From Elusimicrobiota bacterium (GTDB lineage Bacteria; Elusimicrobiota; Elusimicrobia; UBA1565; JACRDR01), in assembly GCA_041694815.1 (NCBI GenBank), contig JBGFSC010000025.1, positions 8,893 to 72,892 on the forward strand: DNA of 64,000 nt, given 5' to 3'. The notes below the pieces were generated by a model that was given only the letters and a program-made list of their open reading frames with translations, was not told the origin of the DNA and did not search any database. A program made the translations under genes and the position numbers. This document shows, piece after piece, positions 27,101 to 33,853 of the stretch. The first letter of the stretch is position 1, and each line of letters opens with the position of its first letter.

Positions 27101-27278
27101 TTTCGACGTATCCGGCGAGGTGAAGTACAACGTCAGCATCGGCAATCCGCCGGCGTCGCTCGAGCACACCTGGGACATCTCGGGGGTGGGAAGCGGCGTC
27201 TACTCCTACGTCGTGACCGCCCGCAAGGACGGGCAAGGGGCCCTGCGTAAAACCGGCAAACTGGCGGTGATCAAATGA
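24177..27278 (+). CDS. Secreted Kelch-propeller / beta-helix surface protein with a T9SS-type C-terminal sorting domain
   Basis: Signal peptide LLCAALALPAKAES. There are at least 6 Kelch-like blades (HxxAxxNGxLYVxGG...GPW). Two Ig-like modules are present (FSIDGAAFAEYASPLSIESDGAHELRYFSVDKAAN; IRYSLDDGTETTYAGPFSLPEGWHTLSFGATD), then a bactofilin-like beta-helix stretch. The C-terminus is YVFPNPARGG...VDIRVFDVSGEV...GVYSYVVTARKDG...GKLAVIK. Confidence 0.85.
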   Translation: MPPLRTLKGILLCAALALPAKAESAFSSLTPLPDGYFGHSLAAAHGFLYHCGGLSSSNGIGDGDKVYYAKILAPGKIGPWLQGPALPEPAFFHAGAAWNRTLYVLGGYHFRDGFTVSGSVYYSNLNEDGSPGPWHATASLPEGLFLHSAAVWNGTLYLTGGWSDGGLLNSVYSAAIREDGSLGPWTPQTPLPQGVYAHTTVQDGTIYVIGGAIQNGTQIHNGVYFSKIKADRNLSEWQSGTPLPEAIANHISAVIGGRVYVAGGWTGAQPTDAVRTAPILADKSLGDWREESPLPVKLYYHAGASADGVLYLSGGNDTNQPVSAVYSFVAPAPPPPPPIADRLPPRTNLEVGTPLLASAPPIISPETLLSLSAQDDRDTVGDGLGLGVQSSQFSIDGAAFAEYASPLSIESDGAHELRYFSVDKAANSEPVKAWAFQVDATAPQTTLQVGSPVISLFGIDLISTKTPLTLSAVDPVVNGTASGVDIIRYSLDDGTETTYAGPFSLPEGWHTLSFGATDRIGHREGRQTATLLAGSLLEDSIAGIDSIRLSGGASLTGTARTNGTLTLEGRSTVNGDAYAMAASVTGKSEIKGTLRQGAATLPSSLDLTAFRAWAEAHHDNARIADHLAGGTLALDGKTRLILPSGSYFLSGLKLSGGAELEMSGTVHIFLTGALDISGDGALNASGDANSLWIFSDHGQASIAGKGRAALHLYAPNADISITGSGQMAGRLLGKSVFLAGRASQPSMTALAPVEHRPGAAQKIRAPKPVAKASSAASSVKASALPALRFGDGSAFSLVHAGGSAVRSHLRHGVVIPEGALRAPSVAISVAKENAAAAELERRRAAMSARSLVEVGSPVSYGPEGTRFSKPVTLELAYERARLPANVSENQLAVHYWNPATGQWEALPSQVDAQAQIVRAQTDHFSTYQLLAGGKPSASSSGLSLGETYVFPNPARGGESPKFHIESSADAVDIRVFDVSGEVKYNVSIGNPPASLEHTWDISGVGSGVYSYVVTARKDGQGALRKTGKLAVIK

Positions 27279-28183
27279 GGGGCCTGGGGCCGGCGTTTCT
27301 GGCGCTCCTGCTTCAGGCCGGCACCGCCCGAGCGGCCGAGACGGCCTCTTTCCTCAAACTTACGCCCGGCGCGCGCGCCGTCGGACTTGGCGACGCCTTC
27401 ACCGGCGCGGCCGACGATTTGAGCGCCCTGCACTTTAATCCCGCGGGACTGGCCCAACTTAGCTCGAGAGAGGCCGGCTTCACCCATGCCGAGCTCTTCC
27501 AAGGCGCTCGATTCAACGCTTTGAGCTATGCGCACCCGAGCGGCCGCGGCACCTGGGCCGCCGGCCTGCTCCATCTCGCCCAGGACGGCATCGAGGGCCG
27601 CGATTCCAACCGCAATCCCACCGGCTCCTTCGGCGCCTCCGATACGGCCGTCCAATTGGGCTACAGCCGGGGCATCGGCGGGCGCTCCGTCATGGCGGGC
27701 CTTTCGGTCAAATATATCGAGAGCCGCCTGGCCGACGCCTCCGCCCGGACCGTCGCCTTCGATCTGGGCTATTTGCAGCGCGTCTCGGGGCCGCTATCCT
27801 TGGGCGCCGCCGTGCTCAACCTCGGGCCGGGCATGCGCTACCTCGACGAGACCCAGAGCCTTCCGCTCTCCGTGGCTTTCGGCGCGGGCCTGCGGCTGAT
27901 CGGCGCCATGCTGCTGACGGCCGATTACCGGCAGCGTCCCGAGACCGGGAAATCCTCCATCAGCGTGGGCACCGAATACACCGTATTCTCGTCGCTGGCG
28001 CTGCGGGGCGGCTATCTGTCTAGGATGCAGAGCCCCTCGGCCGGCGGGGGCTCGGCGCTGGGTACCCAGGGGCTCGGGATGGGCTTCGGCGTCAAAATGC
28101 GCCGCGGCAGCCTCGATTACTCCTTTTCCCCCTACGGCGAGCTGGGGCATGCCCAGCGCATCTCGCTTTCGTCGCGTTTTTGA
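27275..28183 (+). CDS. PorV/PorQ family outer-membrane protein
   Basis: The signal peptide is followed by SFLKLTPGARAVGLGDAFTGAADDLSALHFNPAGLAQL. The protein is beta-rich over 302 aa and ends ISLSSRF. It overlaps the upstream cargo gene by ATGA. Confidence 0.8.
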   Translation: MRGLGPAFLALLLQAGTARAAETASFLKLTPGARAVGLGDAFTGAADDLSALHFNPAGLAQLSSREAGFTHAELFQGARFNALSYAHPSGRGTWAAGLLHLAQDGIEGRDSNRNPTGSFGASDTAVQLGYSRGIGGRSVMAGLSVKYIESRLADASARTVAFDLGYLQRVSGPLSLGAAVLNLGPGMRYLDETQSLPLSVAFGAGLRLIGAMLLTADYRQRPETGKSSISVGTEYTVFSSLALRGGYLSRMQSPSAGGGSALGTQGLGMGFGVKMRRGSLDYSFSPYGELGHAQRISLSSRF

Positions 28184-28190
28184 ACGAAAA

Positions 28191-28219
28191 TTGACAGTCC
28201 CGGCGGCTTCTGTTATACT
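28191..28219 (+). promoter_or_regulatory. Consensus-like sigma70 promoter placed for a leaderless bcp mRNA
   Basis: TTGACA - 17 nt - TATACT, then 6 nt (gccttc) before the GTG start at 28226. Confidence 0.6.
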
Positions 28220-28225
28220 GCCTTC

Positions 28226-28696
28226 GTGCCAGCCAAAACGGCCGAACTTTCCGTCGGCGACCCCGCCCCGGACTTCTCCCTTGTCGACGAGCAGGGCCAG
28301 ACCCATTCCCTGGACGGTTACCGGGGGAAAACCGTCATCCTATATTTCTACCCCAAGGACATGACCTCCGGCTGCACGGCGGAGGCCTGCGATTTCAGGG
28401 ACAATTACAATAAATGCGCCCGCAAAGGGGCCTCCATCCTCGGCATTAGCCCCGATGACGCGAAGAGCCACTTGAAATTTGCCCAGAAGTACAAGCTTCC
28501 CTTCCCTCTGCTTTGCGACACGGAAAAAGCCATGTGCAAGGCCTACGGAGTGTGGAAGGAAAAGTCCATGTACGGCCGCAAATACATGGGCGTGGAGCGC
28601 TCCACATTCGTCATCGCCCCCGACGGGCGGTTGAAGCAGGTCCACCGCAAGGTGAGCGTTCCCGGCCACGTCGAGGCCGTGCTGGGAGGGCTTTGA
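28226..28696 (+). CDS. bcp: Peroxiredoxin Bcp (thiol peroxidase)
   Basis: VGDPAPDFSLVDEQG...GKTVILYFYPKDMTSGCTAEACDFRD. The start codon is GTG. Confidence 0.9.
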   Translation: MPAKTAELSVGDPAPDFSLVDEQGQTHSLDGYRGKTVILYFYPKDMTSGCTAEACDFRDNYNKCARKGASILGISPDDAKSHLKFAQKYKLPFPLLCDTEKAMCKAYGVWKEKSMYGRKYMGVERSTFVIAPDGRLKQVHRKVSVPGHVEAVLGGL

Positions 28697-29145
28697 TGCC
28701 CGCGCCGCAAAACGCCGCGCGCCGAGCCGCCCTCGTCAAGGGCGCCTCGAAGGCCAAGATCAAGGCCTTGGTCAACCTCTCGGCCTGCACGGGGTGCGAG
28801 GTCTGCATCGCGGTATGCCCCGTTCCCGACTGCATCGAGAAATTCGGCGAGGATCCCACCAATTTCGGCGTCTACGTCAATTACGACATCTGCATCGGCT
28901 GCCAGCTCTGCGCCAAGGACTGCCCGTGGGATACGATAAGGATGGTACCGACGCCAAGCGTAGCGGGACATCAAACCTCGCTCGATTCCCAGCCTAACCA
29001 TGAGCACGCCGTGTTCCAGCGGCCGGAGCTCGTGCCCGAGGAAATCCGCGGCTTCGTCGACAAACCGCCCTTTTCCGACCCCGCGGCGGCTCCGCTCTTC
29101 CAAAAGCAGAACCCCCAAGTCCCCAACATAATGGGCCCGAAGTAG
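28696..29145 (+). CDS. 2x[4Fe-4S] ferredoxin-domain protein with a Pro-rich C-terminal tail
   Basis: CTGCEVCIAVCP and CIGCQLCAKDCP motifs. The ATG overlaps the bcp stop (TGATG). Confidence 0.85.
   Translation: MPAPQNAARRAALVKGASKAKIKALVNLSACTGCEVCIAVCPVPDCIEKFGEDPTNFGVYVNYDICIGCQLCAKDCPWDTIRMVPTPSVAGHQTSLDSQPNHEHAVFQRPELVPEEIRGFVDKPPFSDPAAAPLFQKQNPQVPNIMGPK
29035..29120 (+). repeat. 86-bp direct repeat, copy A (inside the ferredoxin 3' end)
   Basis: Identical to 31768-31853 except for one position (gctCttcc vs gctTttcc), compared by hand. The wider 225-nt colinear homology is 28921-29145 vs 31654-31878. Confidence 0.9.
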
Positions 29146-29310
29146 GCCCACGTTGCCCCACGTCCCGTCTTTTCTCATGTGGCCCCACGAGGAGTGGCGG
29201 GGGCGAATTCGTGCCTGCAACGGAGTGCTGGCATTGAGGGACCCGAAGAAGATTCAAGGTTTTGATCAGGAGTTGGCCCAGATTTTGAAGGAACGGTTTC
29301 CCTTGGAGCC

Positions 29311-30864
29311 ATGAGGGCGTTGCTTTGCGCTGCCGCGCTCATTTTCGGAGAGCCGATCCTGGTCCATGCGGTCGCCATCGATGTCCATCTGCATGCCTTC
29401 AGCGGGAAATCCTGGGGCAAGCGGGTCACGGGGCCGGATATCATCCGAGAACTGGATGCCGCCGGAATTGATCGCGGCATCGTCATCTCGGCTGGGTATT
29501 TCGGTGGCTTCAGGAGCCTGGTATTCGGTAGGTCTCGCAAGAAAGTCGAATTGGAGAACGATTATATCGCGGAGTTGGTTAAGGCCCATCCTTCGCGGCT
29601 GGCCGGCGCATGCGGTGTCCACCCATTCGATGAATGGGCTGAAGCGGAGTTGCTGCGGTGCGCCAAGGAGCTTGACTTCAGGGCAGTGAAGGTCCATCCC
29701 AATGCGCAGCGGATCGATATCATGGATGAGGAGCAGAGGTCCAAGCTGCAAGGATTCCTCGCCAGAGCGGGGCAATTGAACATGGTAGTGCTCATGCACG
29801 CCTATGGGAAGCCTTTGGAGTTCAACAAGGAGCTTTACAGGATGGCGGCGACAATGCCGGAAACGGCATTCGTATTTCTCCATGCCTTTGGGAGTGACTT
29901 GACGGCGATGGTGCGTGAGGTCTCGCAAGGCAGGCTGCCCAAGCCCGCCAACATCTTTATCGACATAAGCGGCACGGTGCAGGAAGCAAAAGGCCAGAAG
30001 GCGCTTGCCTCGGCTATTCGGGAGCTTGGGGTCGACCGCATCCTTTTCGGCTCAGACTTTCCGGTTTTCAAGCCGGCGGCCGGCCTGGAGGTGTTGCGGA
30101 AGCTGCCGCTCACACCGCGAGAGATCGAGCGAATTCTATCGAACGCGGGCCCTTTCTCAGTTCGACGAATTTCAGGCGCTTCCTGGAAAGCCTTCTCGGA
30201 CCGCATGACCGATCTATTCCGCGCCGGGAAATACGCGGAGGCCGCTCAGGTCGGCGAAAACGCGGTGAAGGCGGCCGAGGACTCCTTGGGTGGCAACGAC
30301 CTAAACGTGGCCGGCGCTCTTGAGCGTCTGGCCATGAGCTATTTCGCCCAAGGGAAGTTCGCGGAGGCAACCCCGGTGGCGCGTCGGGCGCTCTTGATCT
30401 ATGAATCCAAAGTTGGAAAAAACGCCCGCGAGATCGTGGACCCAGCGAAGATCCTTGGCGCGATCTATCTTATGCAGGGTGACCTAGACCAGGCCGAGCC
30501 GCTCCTTGAGCGCGCCGTAAGGATGTCCCGCAAATTTTTCGGAAAGCGGCACGTCGAGACGGCCAAGCAGCTCGGCAACCTGGGTGCGCTCTACATGGCC
30601 CGGAAAAAACCCGCGAAGGCGAGGCGCCATTTCGAGGAGGCGCTGGCGATTTGGGGCGATAAGCCTGACGCGGTCTATGGGGCGATGACCATGGTTAATC
30701 TTGGCAAGATTCGCGCGGATGATGGCGACTTGGACGGGGCGGATGCCCTATTTCGGAAGGCTTTGGCCCTGCGCGAGCAGGCCTTCGGCCGGGAGCATCC
30801 TCAGACAAAAAACATCGCGGACAGCTACGCCCAGTTTCAGCAGAAGGGAGGGCTCGCGCCCTAA
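29311..30864 (+). CDS. Amidohydrolase-2 (TIM-barrel metal hydrolase) fused to C-terminal TPR repeats
   Basis: IDVHLH metal motif, FGSDFPVF, and a signal-like N-terminus. The C-terminal half carries TPR_10/12-like repeats (ALERLAMSYFAQGKFAEA, NLGALYMARKKPAKARRHFEEALAIW, NLGKIRADDGDLDGADALFRKALALRE). Confidence 0.8.
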   Translation: MRALLCAAALIFGEPILVHAVAIDVHLHAFSGKSWGKRVTGPDIIRELDAAGIDRGIVISAGYFGGFRSLVFGRSRKKVELENDYIAELVKAHPSRLAGACGVHPFDEWAEAELLRCAKELDFRAVKVHPNAQRIDIMDEEQRSKLQGFLARAGQLNMVVLMHAYGKPLEFNKELYRMAATMPETAFVFLHAFGSDLTAMVREVSQGRLPKPANIFIDISGTVQEAKGQKALASAIRELGVDRILFGSDFPVFKPAAGLEVLRKLPLTPREIERILSNAGPFSVRRISGASWKAFSDRMTDLFRAGKYAEAAQVGENAVKAAEDSLGGNDLNVAGALERLAMSYFAQGKFAEATPVARRALLIYESKVGKNAREIVDPAKILGAIYLMQGDLDQAEPLLERAVRMSRKFFGKRHVETAKQLGNLGALYMARKKPAKARRHFEEALAIWGDKPDAVYGAMTMVNLGKIRADDGDLDGADALFRKALALREQAFGREHPQTKNIADSYAQFQQKGGLAP

Positions 30865-30885
30865 GTTGAAACGAACACTGGACAA

Positions 30886-30907
30886 AATATAACCTATCTG
30901 TTATATT
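30886..30907. promoter_or_regulatory. Inverted repeat (probable TA operator)
   Basis: AATATAAC-ctatct-GTTATATT, ending 4 nt before the toxin ATG at 30912. Confidence 0.5.
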
Positions 30908-30911
30908 ATAA

Positions 30912-31250
30912 ATGAGCTTCCTGAAGATATGCTACTACCCAGAAGGCAAGTCAGGTCCAGTCAAGGACTTCTTGGACGAATTGGCGGCACAGCGTCTAGG
31001 GGCTTATGTAAAGCTGGCCCTAGATTTGGAGATCCTGGGAGCCGAGGGCCTAAGGTCGAAGCAAATTACGATACGGCCCTTGGGCCAGGGCTTATGGGAG
31101 CTCAAGAGGTTGTTTGAGGGAATGCAGTACCGGATATTCTTCTGCGTGGAGAAGGGATGCGCTTGGCTCTTGCACGCGATCGAGAAGAAAAGCGCCAAGA
31201 CGCCGTTGGATGATATGAGGCTGGCCAGAAAACGAATGAGGGGAATATGA
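30912..31250 (+). CDS. Type II toxin, RelE/HigB superfamily (Gp49-like)
   Basis: 112 aa, with ...VKDFLDEL...IRPLGQGLWELKRLFEGMQYRIFFCVEKGCAWLLHAIEKKSAKTP. It overlaps the downstream HTH gene by 4 nt. Confidence 0.8.
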   Translation: MSFLKICYYPEGKSGPVKDFLDELAAQRLGAYVKLALDLEILGAEGLRSKQITIRPLGQGLWELKRLFEGMQYRIFFCVEKGCAWLLHAIEKKSAKTPLDDMRLARKRMRGI

Positions 31251-31597
31251 GAAAGGTAACTCAAAGCGGATTCGACGCCCATCTTCAGGAGATGCTGGCG
31301 AAAAACCCCAAATTAGCCGAGGAATACGCCAAGCAGTTCGCGGAGCTTCCCCTGCCTACGCAGCTCTCGGTCATGCGGCGCAGGAAGTGGCTGTCGCAGA
31401 AGGCAGTGGCCAAGGCGCTCCGCGTCAAACAGCCGCATGTGGCCCGTATGGAGAGTCCTGGCCACGATCCCAGGCTATCCTCAGTTGTCAGCCAGGCCAG
31501 GGCCCTTCATTGCCATTTGATGGTGGTCCCAGATGAGCTTCTGGCGAAGGTCGCCCATCTCGTGGCTGCTGAGCAACAGGTGTATGGGAGCCGCTGA
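31247..31597 (+). CDS. HTH (XRE-type) antitoxin, HigA-like
   Basis: 116 aa with the HTH LSQKAVAKALRVKQPHVARME. The toxin-first gene order is typical of HigBA-type pairs. Confidence 0.75.
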   Translation: MRKVTQSGFDAHLQEMLAKNPKLAEEYAKQFAELPLPTQLSVMRRRKWLSQKAVAKALRVKQPHVARMESPGHDPRLSSVVSQARALHCHLMVVPDELLAKVAHLVAAEQQVYGSR

Positions 31598-31878
31598 TGG
31601 CCTGTGGTAGCAAAACTGCAACCGAAATGGAGCTAGTGTCGATGAGAACGTATTGTCCGTTGGACACCATCAGGATGGTGCCCACCGCAACTGTGTCCGG
31701 ACACACCACAAGCCTAGACTCCCAACCCAACCACGAATACGCTGTCTTCTCGCGCCCTGACCTCGTTCCCGAGGAAATCCGCGGCTTCGTCGACAAACCG
31801 CCCTTTTCCGACCCCGCGGCGGCTCCGCTTTTCCAAAAGCAGAACCCCCAAGTGCCAGGGATGATGTCGCCAAAGTAG
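31597..31878 (+). pseudogene. Truncated duplicate of the ferredoxin 3' end
   Basis: Residues CPLDTIRMVPTATVSGHTTSLDSQPNHEYAVFSRPDLVPEEIRGFVDKPPFSDPAAAPLFQKQNPQVPGMMSPK parallel the last 75 aa of the 28696-29145 protein. Only the last Cys of the cluster motif remains, and the first 19 codons are unrelated. The ATG overlaps the antitoxin stop. Confidence 0.7.
31768..31853 (+). repeat. 86-bp direct repeat, copy B
   Basis: See copy A (29035-29120). The copies are 2733 bp apart and differ at 1 position. Confidence 0.9.
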
Positions 31879-31915
31879 TTCGGAACCCGTCGAAATTCTT
31901 CTATCAGAATTCTTC

Positions 31916-31944
31916 TTGACAAAATGTAATGCATACCATACAAT
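31916..31944 (+). promoter_or_regulatory. Consensus-like sigma70 promoter of the XRE operon
   Basis: TTGACA - 17 nt - TACAAT. It is preceded by the direct repeat gAAATTCTTCtatcaGAATTCTTC. Confidence 0.6.
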
Positions 31945-31967
31945 CGATTATGTAAGGCTTGCTTTAT

Positions 31968-32177
31968 ATGTCTAATAAGATCCGTAATCAAGTGCGCGAG
32001 CTGCGTACGCGCGCCGAACTAACCCAAGAGCAGTTGGCTTGGAAGGTGGGCGTGACTCGCGTAACAATCAACTGCCTCGAAAACGGCGTCTATCTACCCA
32101 GCATTGAGCTCGCACTCAGACTGGCCCGCTTCTTTCGGCGTCCGGTGGAGGAGATCTTTATAATGGAGGAACAGTGA
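31968..32177 (+). CDS. Small XRE/Cro-family HTH regulator (~69 aa)
   Basis: LRTRAELTQEQLAWKVGVTRVTINCLENGVYLPSIELALRLARFF. The ATG at 31968 is chosen over the TTG at 31959. Confidence 0.85.
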   Translation: MSNKIRNQVRELRTRAELTQEQLAWKVGVTRVTINCLENGVYLPSIELALRLARFFRRPVEEIFIMEEQ

Positions 32178-32842
32178 TGAAAAAAATCGCTCTCAAGGTT
32201 CGCAATCTCACCCTGCTTTACCTAAAGTGGGCATGGCCTATTTTGCTGACTGATATCGCCCTTGAAACCTGGGCTGGTCCGCCGGCCGCGCCTTGGCGCT
32301 CCTTCCTCAACAGCGCCGCCTTCATATGGATACTTTGTTCTCCGATCGCACCGCTTACATTCCTATTCGACCGCGATCGTCGCGAGCGATTTATGGCGCG
32401 TCTATGCGGGCTGCGTGAAGGGGATGAGCGTGAGCGCGCGGTAACTGGCGAAGCGGCGCGTGCGACCCTCCTATTTGGCCTATCTTTACAGACAATTCTC
32501 CTGGTTCTGAGCTTGGTCAGCGTGCGTTTGTCCTGGGACCCCGGCGCGGCGAAAGGAGAGAAACACGGGCTGTTGTCGGTGGGAATGGGGTTTTCGTCAT
32601 CGCGTCATCTTGACCCATTTGGAACTCCTCCAGAAAAGCGACGGGCGACTCTCAGTCTCGGCGCGGTTGATCCTAAGGAAAGCGAGATTGATATAGCCGG
32701 CGGCTTCCTTTTGGCGCCGTCTACGTTCCCGGTGCTAGCGCTTATCATCTTGATCCAATTGGCGGCCTTTAAGGTTTTTGCCATGCGCCGGTATGAAGGG
32801 ATCGAATTGGTAGAATACCTAGCTCACGCGCGCAAAAAATGA
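32174..32842 (+). CDS. Hypothetical membrane protein (partner of the small XRE regulator)
   Basis: It overlaps the regulator gene by ATGA. Several hydrophobic segments are present (WPILLTDIAL, AAFIWILCSPIAPLTFLF, LLFGLSLQTILLVLSLVSV, FPVLALIILIQLAAF). Confidence 0.6.
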   Translation: MMKKIALKVRNLTLLYLKWAWPILLTDIALETWAGPPAAPWRSFLNSAAFIWILCSPIAPLTFLFDRDRRERFMARLCGLREGDERERAVTGEAARATLLFGLSLQTILLVLSLVSVRLSWDPGAAKGEKHGLLSVGMGFSSSRHLDPFGTPPEKRRATLSLGAVDPKESEIDIAGGFLLAPSTFPVLALIILIQLAAFKVFAMRRYEGIELVEYLAHARKK

Positions 32843-33435
32843 GCCCGGCCAGGCCGTTAAGCGATGGGCCGCGCTTTTTGCCGCTCACGCCGGCGCGCTG
32901 GCCGGATTTAGAAGAGCTCTTCGGCGAGCGCGGAGCCTGCGGAGGCTGCTGGTGCATGTGGTGGCGCCTGCCCAGATCCCAGTGGACGGCGCAAAAGGGC
33001 GATAAGAACAAAAGGGCCTTCAAGAGTATCGTCGCTGCGGGAGAACGCCCCGGCATTATCGCGTACGTAGGTGGACAGCCGGCGGCATGGTGCGCCGTAG
33101 GCCCCCGTCAAAGCTTTCCGGGCCTCGAACGGTCCCGGACCCTCAAGCCCCTCGATGATAAGCCGGCCTGGGCCGTGACATGCTTCTTCGTGAGCAAGCC
33201 CTTCCGGGGCCGAGGCTTGAGCGTCAAGCTACTGGAAGCAGCCAAAAACTTCGTGCGGGAAAGAGGCGGCCGCATCCTGGAGGGCTATCCCATGGAACCA
33301 AAGTCCGGCCGCCTGCCCGAGGCCTTCGCGTGGACCGGCCTCGCTTCGGCGTTCCGGAAGGCGGGTTTCAAGGAAGCGGCGCGCCGGGGCTCTCGCCCTA
33401 TCATGAGATGCCATTTGCTTACATTCCGGCCATGA
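32839..33435 (+). CDS. GNAT-family N-acetyltransferase
   Basis: N-terminal GACGGCWCMWWR motif and the acetyl-CoA motif FFVSKPFRGRGLSVKLLEAA. It overlaps both neighbouring genes by ATGA. Confidence 0.75.
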   Translation: MSPARPLSDGPRFLPLTPARWPDLEELFGERGACGGCWCMWWRLPRSQWTAQKGDKNKRAFKSIVAAGERPGIIAYVGGQPAAWCAVGPRQSFPGLERSRTLKPLDDKPAWAVTCFFVSKPFRGRGLSVKLLEAAKNFVRERGGRILEGYPMEPKSGRLPEAFAWTGLASAFRKAGFKEAARRGSRPIMRCHLLTFRP

Positions 33436-33824
33436 AGGCAAAGCTGCTCTTCGTATGCGTCGAGAACGCCGCTCGCAGCCAGATGGCCGAGGGCTTCGCC
33501 AAACATCTCGGCAAGGGTCAAATCGACGCCTGGAGCGCTGGCTCCAAACCCTCCGGAGAAATCAATCCCGCGGCCGTCGAGGCCATGAAAAGCCATGGGA
33601 TCGACATCAGCGGACAACGCTCCAAGGGCCTTTCGGAATTGCCGAAGCTGCCATGGGACTACGTGATCACGATGGGCTGTGGCGACGCCTGTCCATTGAC
33701 ACCCTCGAAAGCCAGGCTCGACTGGAACATCCCGGACCCGAAGGGACGGCCGCCGGAAGAAGTCTTGCGCATCTCAAAACAAATCGAGGAGCAGGTGCGC
33801 CTCCTTCTAGCACGGATGGCCTAA
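33432..33824 (+). CDS. arsC: Arsenate reductase, LMW-PTPase (thioredoxin-coupled) type
   Basis: CX5R(S) P-loop LFVCVENAARSQMAEG and the downstream Cys pair MGCGDACP. Confidence 0.8.
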   Translation: MKAKLLFVCVENAARSQMAEGFAKHLGKGQIDAWSAGSKPSGEINPAAVEAMKSHGIDISGQRSKGLSELPKLPWDYVITMGCGDACPLTPSKARLDWNIPDPKGRPPEEVLRISKQIEEQVRLLLARMA

Positions 33825-33853
33825 AATCCCTTTTTGATATAATTTTCTTTTCC

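Noticed and set aside
26247-27236. A 329-aa minus-strand ORF antisense to the Kelch/CTD cargo gene
   Set aside because: It is an antisense GC artefact. The plus-strand frame ends in a clear T9SS-type CTD.
29146-31653. Calling the repeat-bracketed cassette a mobile element
   Set aside because: No integrase, recombinase, transposase or terminal inverted repeats were found in any frame. It is reported only as a finding, not as a mobile_element feature.
33455-33853. An upstream extension of the MASE1 kinase ORF
   Set aside because: It overlaps arsC in another frame. The MASE1 hydrophobic region starts right after the ATG at 33854.
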